A DNA stretch of 64,000 nucleotides from assembly GCF_001194135.2 (NCBI RefSeq), contig NC_068985.1, positions 91,023,434 to 91,087,433 of the forward strand, written 5' to 3'. The position numbers and the translations under genes are program-made. Positions within the stretch are counted from its first letter, which is position 1. Each line of letters begins with the position of its first letter. The DNA is from Octopus bimaculoides (lineage: Eukaryota). Under the pieces are notes generated by a model. The model saw only the letters and a list, made by a program, of their open reading frames with translations, ran no database searches and was not told the DNA's origin. This document shows positions 29,360-42,899 of this stretch, piece by piece.

Positions 29360-29772
29360 TACTCTTTTACTCTTTTACTTGTTTCAGTCTTTTGACTGTG
29401 GCCATGCTGGAGCACAGCCTTTAGTCGAGCAAATCGACCCCAGGACTTATTCTTTGGAAGCCTAGTACTTATTCTTTCGGTCTCTTTTGCCGAACCGCTA
29501 AGTTACGGGGACATAAACACACCAGCATCGGTTGTCAAGCGATGTTGGGGGGACAAACACAGACATACAAACACATACACACATACATATATATATATAC
29601 ATATATACGACAGGCTTCTTTCAGTTTCCGTCTACCAAATCCACTCACAAGGCATTGGTCGGCCCGAGGCTATAGTAGAAGGCACTTGCCCAAGATGCCA
29701 CGCAGTGGGACTGAACCCGGGACCATGTGGTTTGTAAGCAAGCTACTTACCACACAGCCACTCCTACGCCTA
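29360..29772 (-). mobile_element. Full-length, well-preserved tRNA-derived CORE-type SINE
   Basis: Minus strand: AGGAGTGGCTGTGTGGTAAG A-box, GGGTTCAGTCCC B-box, gcatcttgggcaagtgcc CORE-like segment, microsatellite linker, 3' domain with aataagtactagg...ggggtcgat, and tail (aaaagagt)2. Confidence 0.9.
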
Positions 29773-29774
29773 TA

Positions 29775-30170
29775 GGATGTCTACTTTCTTTTTGAAGATA
29801 ACTACTACCACCTTATACTGATTTCTCAATTTTTGTGGCAAAAAACTGAAGAGCTGTTGACTTTTGAACCGTAGACTATTGCAGTATCTGTTCCTGAATT
29901 TCGATGGAGTGGATGGTAACTTTGGAATAAGAAAAGGGAGTGTAGTTCAATGTTGAAATTAGGTACTAGCCCTTCTAAAATTTGACCTATTTAGATTATT
30001 ACATATTTCACACGACTTCGCTCCAGGAAGTAAAAGGTGCAGTTTTTTTCAGCCTATCTCTGTAGCTCACCCGCTTCACTATTTCAATCTTTTTTGGTGT
30101 GTTGGTGTTGGACTTCTTCAAGATTAGCAAAACTATAATATTTATTTTTTGTACTACTTAAGGTTTCTTT
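29775..30170 (-). mobile_element. CR1/L2-type LINE 3' ORF2 fragment
   Basis: Minus-strand peptides, across frameshifts: ANLEEVQHQHTKK / SYRDRLKK-LHL / YFLERSRE / QILEGLVPNFNIE / PSKFRNRYCNSLRFKSQQLFSFLPQKLR...FKKKVDIL*; same family as the 13.6-14.8 kb fragment. Confidence 0.85.
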
Positions 30171-32622
30171 CCGTCTACATTGACCGACACAAATAAGTGA
30201 AGGAAATTATTCCTGCGTCAACAGATGTTACTTGTAAAATTGCTAAAAACTTCTTTCACATCTCAGGGAAGGAGTAGGGTTAATTCCATAGTCTGATTGG
30301 AAATGCGTAGCACTTCGACCTAAGTGAAAACTTGTAAATGGTCATTTTGTTTCTGAAGAATGGATATTTTCTAGATGCCTATTAACAGTTACACACGCTA
30401 TCAAATTGCAAAAGTGCGCGGATAGTGTGTTTATGAGAATGTTTTTAAATCGCCTGAATTGCCAAACATATATCTCATAAGTATTGTTGGTCTATTTTCA
30501 TTATTTTATCATAAAGTTTCAGATGATGCAAACCACTCGTGTCCTTCGTAAGTATTGCAACACGATTGGATGATATTATAAACGTCATTCAGTAAGATAT
30601 TTCTTTCCTCAAAAACCACCAAGGATTGTAATAGGCATTCTGTGACAAAAAATACTTCAAGTTGACGAGTAAACGTTAGCAGGTAATCGATCATGTGTGA
30701 GTAGAAATTCCTTGATCATTTTGCTACTAACATCAAGACTGAAGTGAACCTATGGATAGCAGCATATTGCGCCGCTGCCTGGAATTAGAACCATTTTACC
30801 AGCAATATAAAGTGTTTATTTGCTATTCATTAATGGATTTTCTTTGCTAGAATATCATAGAACATTTTTCAAATTTCAGTGTAATTTCATAAGAATTTAG
30901 GTTGATGTCGAATATAATTGATCGTATTTTTGTCGATCCTGGTTGGCCAGGGGCTAAACAATAATACTTATTCACTAAATTGTATATCATTATCTACCAC
31001 ATTCAACATGTCCATCTTTTAAATTAATAATCCGACAGAAATGCACACAAACCAAACATATTAAAGAAATATTAGACATATATTAGTTTCAAATATTCGA
31101 ATCATAGTGCAGGAGAATATGCGATTTACTATATATAGCATAATGTCAGCCATTATTCATAAAATTATTCCTCACAACATTAAATGAAAAGCTTAATATA
31201 AAATTAAATTATTCATTATGTGGAATATTTTATGATTCATGAAACATCCAAATACTAAATTAGCAGTTTCTATATTTGTGTTTGCTCTATACAGAAGTCA
31301 AAATAGGTGTTTAAATTCTGCCGCTTATGATGGGAAGTAAAACGTAAGAATGAAACATATACATAACATGAAAAGAAACTGTATGTAGTGTAAATAGATA
31401 GTAAATGACATTCAAATTTCTTAAATGTTTTACATCATGCATGTAACATGTATTTACGAGGTTATTTCCTTTTGAACTGGAAACACCTTATTTATGAAAT
31501 AAGCGAAATATAAACAAATTTATTCATTGCAATAAATTTGTATTAATACAAATACAAACGCCCAAAGCTATCTGGCATGTCTCTAGGCAACATATATGAT
31601 GAGAGATGCATACATAAGCAAGATTTGGTACGAAAAATGTGCCGTGTATTTATGTAGGAATAAATGTATATATGCATGAATAAATGTTAGATATTTAATC
31701 AAATTCACGAAACTATTTATTCTGTAAGATATTAAAACACGAAATTTATGCTGGGCTACAATATTGACAGGTGAATTAAAATCAGTTCTCGGTTTCTTTC
31801 GTACATTATTATTTACAAATATCTTTCCTTGAATGAACTTTAGCATAGTTTCGTTCATAATTTCACATTTACTGGCAAAACAAACATTGGAACCACTATG
31901 TCTTAGATAGAAAATCTCCCCGAGATGTTCATATATGTTTACACGTACACACACACGCACACAACTATGTGTCTAAGTGAAAATATATTTATACACATAT
32001 GTGAATGTATGTATGTTTGCGTGCATGTGTGTATGTGTCTTTGTGCACGCGCAAGTGTATGTATATACATATATAAACACATATTTGTGAATGGCTTGTG
32101 TGTGAAAAGTGAGAATTAATATTTACTAAAATTGTTGAGGGTAAACAGGGAAATTAATGATAAAAAATCCGAAATATAACATTTTGAAATGCATAAATAT
32201 ACGCTTATGTAAGCAGATATCAAACACATACACTCTTTCACGCATGCACGGATTTACACGTGCATATATACATACATACGTGAATACATACATTCGCCAA
32301 TATATATAAATTTGAGCGCTACAAAATGTATTCTATATTGAAATTCTCTCCCTCGCTATATATATTCTGTATCTCTCTATTCTGTCTTCCACTATTCTAT
32401 CTCTCCCCTCTTTCTCCCTCTTTATGTATGTGCGTGTGCGTATATATGTCTGCATATATGTATGTGCGTGTGTTTGAACGTATATGTATATACGTATATC
32501 TAAACACAGACAGTCACACACACGTGCACACATATCTATATGTATATACTTATATATACATTTAGTCCTATGCACTCTCATATATATGTCAACATACATA
32601 TATACGTAGAAACAAGCATACA

Positions 32623-32673
<51 letters not shown>

Positions 32674-32743
32674 NNNNNNNNNNTAGTCCTATGCACTCTC
32701 ATATATATGTCAACATACATATATACGTAGAAACAAGCATACA

Positions 32744-32785
<42 letters not shown>

Positions 32786-34260
32786 TAGATATAAATAGAT
32801 ATATTCATACTTGTGTACATTCTTGAGTGAAAGCCTTTAGTTAATGTGTGTGTGTTTGTGTATCTTTCTATGCGTGCGTCTGTGTGCACGCTTTCGCGCG
32901 TGTGTGCGTATATGTAATTGTTTGCGTGTATTTCTTAGTGTGTTCGAATCCGAATGCTGTATAAGACAATCTAATTTTATAATGTTGTGTAAGTAAATGT
33001 CATTACATACATCGGCAGTTATTTTGGTGCAGTAAATTTAAATTTTACAAATCTGCTCTCATTTTTATCTTCTTAAAGTTAATTGTATCCATATATTATT
33101 CAGATCGGATAGGAATTACTCGGTACTGGGCAATGATTTCTTTTCATTTTTTTAAAAATATGACTTTCACTCCATTGTAATGATTTTCTTGCAGATACTC
33201 TCTACCAAATCTCAAAAGTACGTTTCGTAAAATGAATAGCAAAACAGCCGTTTTGTATATTCGAACGTGAAGTTAATTGATTGTGAGAGGAATTTCTCGA
33301 GCAATTGTCTACCAACAATTTGTACTGATATATAGGTGCTTGCAACATTAAATATGGATTTGTCATTCTACAAGTACTGACTGAATACGAAACGTGTTAT
33401 CAAAGTGATACAGGGTGCAATCACTGAACGTATTGCACTGTCGACCATAGACGGCAGATCCAATCGTATTATTAGGTGAAGTGTAAAACAATTGCATAGA
33501 TGTGTTGCTATTTCAGATGTATCCTTCACTGATGAACAAGTCATACAGGTTTAGTTACGTTGATATGTGTATGGGCGTGCATACGTATATAGAGGGAAAT
33601 ACATATATGCGCGTATCTGAGTATGTTGAATGCATATGCATATAGATATATATATACACAGATATAAATATATATGTATATACACATGTACACATGTATA
33701 TGCAACTATATACACTTGGCTTTATTGTCCCATTTTATTTAACATATACGCGCACACACTACACCCACGTTTGATTCCTCTCTCGTATCAAAATAGAACC
33801 GAGAGTCTAACTACCGTCCTTTGTAGCACTTACATAGCCTTACCTGTCATCCAGGGTCTACTAAATACCAATAGCACTTATATATAGGAAAGATGATTTG
33901 AAAATGCAGAGCTTTTTTAAACCAGTTTATTGACTTAAAGTTTTTCATATTTAAAAAACAACATTCAAAGGTAAAATGCAAGGCCTTGTTTAGCCTTCGT
34001 TGTGTTAAAAAAGAAGTTGCTATACAAGGTTGTCATACAGTTTTGAACGTGATCAGAAAATGTTAAGTGGGGTTTTTGTTTAAACAGTTTACATAAAATT
34101 GTTCAAAACAGGTAGTAAAATAAATTCATAACTATTTGTAAGTTCATCAAAAATCTTGGTAGTATAGAAGAATTTGAAGACAGTATTTGATAGAAAAAAG
34201 CGTGTACTACTTGGTCAAAATATCATCAGAAATCTCCCTCTGCTCACTCAAGACCCGAAA

Positions 34261-34790
34261 CTTAACAGCATCCTAAATACACACAAACTACTAAAATGCA
34301 AAAGACAAGACAAATCACTCAAGAGACTCCTAACAAATGCATAACTATACTCAATACATACGATACCAACAGTTAAAACATGTAGTCGACCTAATTGTGG
34401 TGCATGCCCATACCCAACTGAAGGCTCGGAATTCACATTCCAGTAAAGACAAAAGTTCTCAATTAAGACCATCTTCATATGTGCTTCCCAGAAACTTATC
34501 TATGTCATAACCTGCTTAGGTTGTGGTCACAGTTATGCGGGTTATACGAGCCCCACTTTGAGATGCAGAATCACGCTGCATAAAGAACAGATTCGTTTCC
34601 CTCAATACAGGCAGATAGCACTGAGCAGACATATCGACAGATGCGCAAGTAATAAAACACCGAATTTTCATATCTTTCCATTTCCCAATGCAAAGATTCA
34701 ATCTTAGTACAAGAATGTCTAAGCAAAGAAAACCTCTTCATACAAAAGTACAGACCACACCTCAATATACAAAGTTGTCCATTTAAAAAA
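34261..34790 (+). mobile_element. Penelope-like retroelement GIY-YIG endonuclease domain (pseudogenised)
   Basis: Frame from 34261: KCKRQDKSLKRLLTNA*...KTCSRPNCGACPY...FICASQKLIYVITCLGCGHSYAGYTSPTLRCRITLHKEQIR...; after a frameshift ECLSKENLFIQKYRPHLN. This is the PLE linker CxxC plus GIY-YIG layout with few lesions. Confidence 0.9.
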
Positions 34791-35078
34791 AATATATATA
34801 CTAAGGAGCCAGCTGTCCCCCTTGCCATATGTTGCATCCCTTGGTTCACTCTCTAGACATATTCTTATTTTTCAAACATCCAAAATGACGAGACCCCACT
34901 GTTACGAGAATTGACTACTGTACAACGCTGTACTGTACAACGCCCCTTGAAAAGCTAATTTAGATAGCGAAAACCGGTTCGATTTCACGACAATAATATG
35001 TATATATTTATAAAATGATATTAAACTATACGAAACGAAGGGAGTTATCTTCCATTTTTTCTCCACATATTTGCAACC

Positions 35079-35110
<32 letters not shown>

Positions 35111-35682
35111 NNNNNNNNNNNNNNNNNNNNNNNNNNNNNNNNNNNNNNNNNNNNNNNNNNNNNNNNNNNNNNNNNNNNNNNNNNNNNNNNNNNNNNNNNN
35201 NNNNNNNNNNNNNNNNNNNNNNNNNNNNNNNNNNNNNNNNNNNNNNNNNNNNNNNNNNNNNNNNNNNNNNNNNNNNNNNNNNNNNNNNNNNNNNNNNNNN
35301 NNNNNNNNNNNNNNNNNNNNNNNNNNNNNNNNNNNNNNNNNNNNNNNNNNNNNNNNNNNNNATATATATATATATATATAAACAAAGCTCTTTATAGGCC
35401 TACACATGTTTCAACTGAACCGATTAATAACCATTGAAATTACAACTCTACTATAATACCGGTGCAGTCTCTTCAGGGTGTGAGTATCAGCTATTGACAC
35501 TTTCATCTGTAACCGGGTTGGTTGGGTGTCTTATAATATGTCCTATTTTATGAAGAGACCTTATTGTCAAATTTTCTCTTTCCTCACCCGAAGAAAACTT
35601 CTTTTTTGCATGACGTATCACTTTTGACCATCTTTAAATAGCACGTCAGAAACAAATGTAGGGAACTGGAATCAACTTACGT

Positions 35683-35715
<33 letters not shown>

Positions 35716-36959
35716 CAAAGAAAGAGAGAGAAGAGAGAGAGGAAGCGGTAGATATACAGAGAGATGTACGATGAGAATCTACGCATATTTTTTATATATA
35801 GACAAAAGCACGTCTACAAATTTCTACGAATGCACAAATTCGCAATATATAATACACATACCAACACGTATCTTCATGCAGTAATATGTATAATATCTAT
35901 TTTACGCTCCAAAAATTGTGTGACTGATGTCTGTGGATGTTAAACCTCTAGCAACATTCTTGTCCAATAATTTACAATCTAAATTTTATCTAAAATGCTA
36001 TTTCAGGCTCTCAGAATGGTGGACATAAAATATCTTTTTTCATCTCAGTCGACAAAGGTTAAAACAAATGTGATTCACAATGACACGAATCAAGATTAAA
36101 TTCCCTGCTCCACAGGTATTTTTAAACGTAATAGAAACATTTTGAATTTTCTTGATGTCGTACCATGGTCATATAAATAGACATTCAGTAAACTAACCGA
36201 TTAAGATAAAATTGCCTCAATAAAACCATTTATAAAATTTCATTTCAGATAATCAAATATTTACTTCTTTATCTGTCAAAACAGAATATATACGTTATTT
36301 ATATAGAAATCAATATTTGTGCAACTTACATATATACTTAATAGTGTTATTTCTGTTAGTTTAGTTTGTTTTGCATACAGTTGTGAAGTGGACAATATTG
36401 CAATAAGATTTAACCTACAAAATCTTCAATGCTGTCTTCGAATTATTGTTGGACACATAGTGAACTCTTTCTTAAAAACTGATCAATAAGAAATATACGC
36501 AATATTGTAGGCTAGGAAGCGTATTTATTTAGCGTACTGGTGGTATTTTTATCATTTATCTTAACAACAGCAACTATAAATGGATGTTTGGCAAAAAGTT
36601 TAACTAAGTGTGTTTCATTGTCGCCAACTTCGAAACGCTCTATAAAAACAAGATACGGTACAATGGCCACCATTGTGACACTATATAAAAATAATAATAT
36701 CAACACAGAGCACTATTAATTTGCTGAAACTCTAAAAAGTTGCCACTACATGCATAGTAATATATACGAGTAGTGATATACAAAGACGAGGTTGCCATCA
36801 ATGCTTCCTAACTCGATATCAGCATGCAACGTGAAATACATTTCAATTGAAGAATAAAAATTCATCGACTGCACCCTGATTTCACACATATCTAATGAGA
36901 AAAGCTGCATGGGTGAACGTGAAAGCGCATGCCTTAGTAAACAGATTTCCGCTGACTGT

Positions 36960-37112
36960 TGTGAGTTCGATTAATTCAATGAGCCAGACTCTTGTGTCAC
37001 ACTTAATATCCCCGAGAACAACGTTACATGTACGCATGTTTGTGAAGTGCTCAGCCACTTGCACACTATTTTCACGAGCAGGCTCTTCCGTTGATCGGAT
37101 CAACAGGAACTC
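36960..37112 (+). mobile_element. SINE 3' body fragment (cephalopod SINE-like)
   Basis: gtgctcagccacttgcacactattttcacgagcaggctcttccgttgatcggatcaacaggaac resembles a SINE tail I recall from octopus DNA; not verified by search and single copy in this window. Confidence 0.45.
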
Positions 37113-40100
37113 TTACTTACCATGCTCTGTCCATTAGACCTTGCTTAAACCCTTACAACTTTTACCCAGGACAGTAAATCACCCTTCTGACTTCTCTCCA
37201 CTAATCATATTTTCTCACATGTGCCATTTTATTTGAAATAAACAACGCAGCCAACCCCTAACTATATTTAGTCTGTTTTTTTCCCATTTAGAATGATCGA
37301 GAAAGCAACCTCCAAATATCTGATTTCTTCCGTCTATCGTTTCATTACGAATTATTATTTGTTTTATCCCTGTATGTTTTTTTCTATCTTCATCTATACT
37401 CCATACAAAAAGAAAATTTTGTCTAACATGCATACATAATTATGTAGATCTGTGTCATATCCATGATATAGAGAGCTATGTAAAAATAGCATGATTGTCT
37501 TGTGAAGTTTTAAAATCTATCTTCTATTCTAATATATAAATTTAGAATGTTGATTTTTATGGTCTAACTTAGGGAATTTCAAAGAAATAGCTTTAGCTCT
37601 GAATTGAATTCTCAAATTTGCTGATTTAGTTGTTTTATGACTGCGTGTATTGATTAAATTTTTAAAAGTAACATTTTTTTCTCTCAAATCTGTAGACATT
37701 TTTTTATATAATACACATACTTTTCATTTATTTTGTTATTTTTATTTGATGGATCATATTGATTTGTTATTTTGATTTCTTTACTCTCATCCAGTAGACA
37801 GCCTAGACATGCCACTTCTTTCATCTATTGCATTGATGTTTTCCTTGCTGTACAGAATGATGATATTATCATATATAATTTCAGAAACATATTTTGCCAG
37901 TGAGAAGAGACTTAGTTATTCATTTAATTGTTTCTCTGTTATTAAGGGAGGCGATGTTTTAATTGGACTTTAACGCTAGAACGCATCCAATTTTGATACA
38001 GTTGCAGAATTATGTAGAGAGAGATAAAGTGAGATACGAATAATGGATTCGATTATTTGACCGGCAATTTATCGTAATTGACTGCATGAAATATAAAGTT
38101 GAGTTCTGTGAAAGTTGAAGATATAAGAACAATGCAAGGCTTTCTAAATGTCACCCTAAGAACCCTTCCAAATACGTGCCTTCGTAATCATAATATTGAA
38201 TAACTTGATCATTAGAGCTTCTAGAAATAACAGGCATATTTCTTTCTCATATCACGTCCTAGTTGATAACTCTAGCACCTTCGAAATATCTATACGAATT
38301 GAGCGATATGTTGAATGTAATGTCGGGGTGGTCATAGCTGGAAAGCCTGTAATAATTAGTCTCCTAAATGAAACATGAAGCGGAACTAAACATCTAAAAT
38401 ATTGCAACAGCTACAACAATAACTTATATGAACAGAGGATTCACTGATACATGATATTGATAAACGTATAATGTTGAGCAGGAATCGTTGCAGCATGAAA
38501 GAGTGATTAGAAGCCATAAATTTGGTGTATATATATATATATATATNNNNNNNNNNNNNNNNNNNNNNNNNNNNNNNNNNNNNNNNNNNNNNNNNNNNNN
38601 NNNNNNNNNNNNNNNNNNNNNNNNNNNNNNNNNNNNNNNNNNNNNNNNNNNNNNNNNNTATATATATTCAGCATATCTCTATATTCCCTTTCAAAGAACT
38701 CGTGATAATTCTATGTTGTCTTCTTTAGGACTCTGGAGTGATTTTTTGAATTATACATTTCTACATCTAGATTAATTTTCCCTCGGGGTGATCTGGCAAT
38801 TCATCCTCTGCTGAAAGCTGCTTCAAAATTCCAAGATTTTCTTCAAATGAAATGGTTCTTTTTAATCTTTTCTTTCGTGTTTGCTATTATTCAAAATGTG
38901 AGTGCATCTTACGTTCGTTTGTAGTTTTTGTTTAATTATGAAGTTTGTCATAATAAGATTTTTTTTTCAATTTGTAGTTCATTTATTGATTACATTGAAG
39001 TTGTGTTTGATTTTTGTTATTGTGAAATTCATGTCTTTCTTCTATTACACTATTTTCTGTTTTGAATCTATTACAAGTTTAATCGATGTGAATAACCAAT
39101 TTATTCATGTGTCTGAAACTCGAATATCAATAATATGGTTGCAGTCTTTCTACAGATTTCTCCTATAAAAAAAGATACCTTGGTAGCAATTTAACTAATG
39201 CCAAAAACAAGATTATATTCATCTGTATGTTAAAACTGTAAGTATTCAGAATGTTAATTTTCCAAGTTCTTAATTTTAGGTGCAAACACTACTTACATTA
39301 CATGCAAAACATTAATAATATAGGTCTCAATATTAACTTACATCTTTGTTAACATTTTTATTGAACCGCTGCTCCTACCTGGATGCATGCATATAGACAC
39401 TTTTATATGTTAAAGGAGCCCATGGTAATATTTGCTCCAATATTTGCTCATGTTTAAGCGGACTGCGTGGTGTTTTGTGTAACATCGTAGTGGCTAAAAT
39501 CTCACACGTGTGTTTGCATGAACATAGTGTGGTATCCTCAACATCGGCGATTCTTCTTTTCAGTTCTATACTGAATGTGTACATATGCGTAGCAAAGCAC
39601 CCGGTCTCATAACTGGATTTAATAGAATACCGTCTGTGGTAGCATTTCTTTTGATATCTTCCTTAACACTTATATTTTACAAACCTGAATTTTGAAGTCT
39701 TGGATATTTATCACGACCATGGTGCTTCTCTCTTTTGATCAAACAATATATTTCGTTTATTTCTTTAATTTGGTAATATTCTGATGTTTTCATATGCCGG
39801 GCATTTAATATATTATTAAAGGTTTCCTTGTCAATAGTTAGCCTGCATCTTTACTGTGGTTTTGTTCCGCTGTGCATCTTAAGAGTATTTTTGTTGTGTT
39901 GTATAGTCAATTACAATTTCTATTGAATATGTTGCACAACACTAAATTATTTAATTTAAAGGAGATAGTAATAACAAATAGATATTCTTTTCAGCTTGAA
40001 AATGCGCTGAACACCTCGGCACATCAACCAATCAAATACATTTTTAGAGAGCAATCAAATTCAATGTTTAAATTATGCCTCAAGAAAATTTAATTAACGA

Positions 40101-40479
40101 TATTGTGATGTTTCGAAAACGTAAGGTGAGTTAATTTAAATTAAAATCAATAGGTTATTTACAATGAATATATGGAAATATTGTGTTAATATTACATGTC
40201 CTCACATGTTGGATTCTTTAATTAGTGTATCATTAGTTATATATACATAAATCATATAACAGGAAATATGCTAAAAAAATCGTTTTGCATATTCCCTTTC
40301 TATTGTAGTTCAGAACATATTGTGTTTCATGCCAGGTTGGTCGTCAATGAGATGATTCTACGATTTGTATGTGTAAATTATTAGTGGCAATATGAACTGT
40401 TTCCAAAAACCAAATGCATTTTGTGCCTCTTTGTTATCCTACATGAATTAAAAACCTTTTTGTCTTAATATTTATATGT

Positions 40480-40865
40480 TTTATCTTTTACTTGTTTCAG
40501 TCATTTGACAAAGTCATGCTGGAGCACCGCCTTGGGAACCTTTAGTCGAATGAATTGATCCCAGTACATGTTCAGGCAAACAGTTGCATTATAGTGATGT
40601 AAACACACCATCACTGGTTGCCAAGCAATTGTGGGGAATAAACACAGACGCAGACACACATGCGTGCACATACACGCATACACACATCCATACATACAGA
40701 AATACACATATATACTCAGTATCCACCTACCTAATCCAGTGACAAAGCATTGGTCGGCCCAAGGCTATAGTAGAAAGCACTCTCCCAAGATGCCACGCAT
40801 TGAAATTGAGCTCCAAACAAAGTATGGAAGCAAATTATTTTCAACACAGCCACTCATGTGCCTAT
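40480..40865 (-). mobile_element. tRNA-derived CORE-type SINE
   Basis: Colinear with 29360-29772: cttgtttcagtcatttgac...gctggagcaccgcc...gcattggtcggcccaaggctatagtagaa...cacagccactc. Confidence 0.85.
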
Positions 40866-42167
40866 ACACTTACCCTATATATATATATACTATTTAAGTT
40901 GACATCTTCATGTTTGTCGCAGAATTTATTTTTGAATATTTTTTTTATAAATCATCGTTATAATCTGAGTGAATATATTTCAGCCGGTGCTATAGCAAGC
41001 TGGATATTCAAGTTCGTGGGAAGACTAACACTGGTGGATGTTAATATTATTATATGTGACATTTAGCAATTCGAACAGTAAAACTATATGTCAAATACAG
41101 ACAGCTCTATATCATCATATTTGCCGGAAAACAAGCTAATCTTACTGTATGAATAACAATTATATAACCTATTACATCTAACAATTGTGTTTTCTATTCC
41201 ATTTTGAATACATTTTCTAAACAATAAAATTATATTCAATATAGTTATTTAATGCAACGTTTTGCACATTTTAATAGAAATGTAAATTTTATACAAATAT
41301 GTCCCTGTCTTACCTTGGGGCTGGATTCGTTGTGTAACCCATAGTAAAGAGGAAAGTAAAATTACATCAGTGTTTGCAACGTAAAATTATAGTTCGGTTG
41401 CGTCTTTAATTGTTTTTATTATATATTACAGTTTCTCATTGAGAAAGCAAGTCACGATTTCTTTTAAAATATTTAAACGTTTCCGAAGCTGTCGCTATAG
41501 TAAAGGTTGCTTTAGAGAAAAAAGTAACAACTATATATCTGCTAATGATTATTTGAATGCCACACTTTGAAGCGAATGAGCGTGTAGTTTGTCTCTGTAT
41601 TTACTAGACATAGCTGCTCATGTTGGTTGCTTTATACGTTAGCGCCTATAAAAGGAAAGTGATATTGGAAAATCGACGAAGGGAATGTTGTTGAATGCAT
41701 CCCACATCGTTAAAACTGTGTATAAAGATGAACTGCAAAATTGTAGATGTTATAAATGGGGGCAATGTAATGTCTGTTGAAATAAACAATACATGACGTA
41801 GTTTGAATTTTAATGCATGAATAACACATGGACAATTCAAATTTATTTAAATTTAACATCATCGGAATTCAATGGTTGCCTGTGTAAACTCTAAGTCATT
41901 ATAGTTTATACGTAGTGTACGTAGATATTATGTTAATGTGTAATGCATAAGATTAAATTTTAGGATGATTTCAAGATTTCATTATTCAAATCTAGCTTCC
42001 GGCTTATGCGTGGATTCGCGCATATGTTATATAGTTACTAAGTCAAGTGTCTCTTAAGGTTTAGCAGCGATCAATATAGAAATTACTATTATATGCAGAA
42101 ACACAAACGCACGCTAGCTCGTGTCTATACACACACAAACATATGTATGTATCTCTCTCTTTCCCTG

Positions 42168-42204
<37 letters not shown>

Positions 42205-42250
42205 ATATATATATATATATATATATTTATCTATTTGTATATCTATCTAA

Positions 42251-42330
<80 letters not shown>

Positions 42331-42331
<1 letters not shown>

Positions 42332-42517
42332 GTTCTATATTTAAGAGATGAGGAATTATGTACGTTATTTACTTTATATACAATGGGCGGATATTTGTCC
42401 TCATCGTGTTTGTTGTTAACACAATGTTTCGGCTGATATACCCTCCAGCTTTCAGCAGGTGTCTTGGGGGAATTTCGAACCTGGGTTCTCGTTCCTATGG
42501 TATTCTTCGATGTTACT
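42331..42517 (-). mobile_element. Hammerhead-bearing element copy B (3' half; tRNA head absent)
   Basis: Same body as copies A and C with a complete 3' terminus (...cataattcctcatctcttaaatatagaact). Motif at 42418-42463 reads GACAC CUGCUGA A AGCUG...CAGCC GAAAC AUU GUGUU (three substitutions). Confidence 0.85.
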
Positions 42518-42598
42518 ATTCTTCTTCTTCTTCTTCTTCTTCTTCTTCTTCTTCTTCTTCTTCTTCTTCTTCTTCTTCTTCTTCTTCTTCTTCTTCTT

Positions 42599-42686
<88 letters not shown>
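42518..42686 (+). repeat. Long compound (CTT)n(ATT)n microsatellite
   Basis: Read directly; explains the poly-S/Y, poly-F/L, poly-R/I and poly-K/N ORFs in the track. Confidence 0.95.
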
Positions 42687-42687
<1 letters not shown>

Positions 42688-42694
42688 ACACACA

Positions 42695-42818
42695 TATACG
42701 ACAGGCTTCTTTCAGTTTCCGTCTACCAAATCCACTCACAGGTTTTTGGTCAGCCAGAGGCTATAATAGAAGACGCTTCCCAAGGCACTCGCACTATACA
42801 CAGAACCATGTGGTTGTA
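42695..42818 (-). mobile_element. 5' half of a CORE-type SINE
   Basis: atacgacaggcttctttcagtttccgtctaccaaatccactcaca...ggctataatagaagacgcttcccaagg...aaccatgtggttg matches 29585-29740. Confidence 0.85.
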
Positions 42819-42868
42819 AAGCAGACAGACATGCAGGCAGGCAAGCAGGCAGACAGACAGACATACAT

Positions 42869-42899
<31 letters not shown>

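Noticed and set aside
32563-32780. Exact ~90-bp direct repeat (tagtcctatgcactctc...gtgtgtgtatatata) on both sides of a 10-N gap
   Set aside because: Identical sequence flanking a minimal gap is the typical signature of unmerged overlapping contig ends: an assembly artefact.
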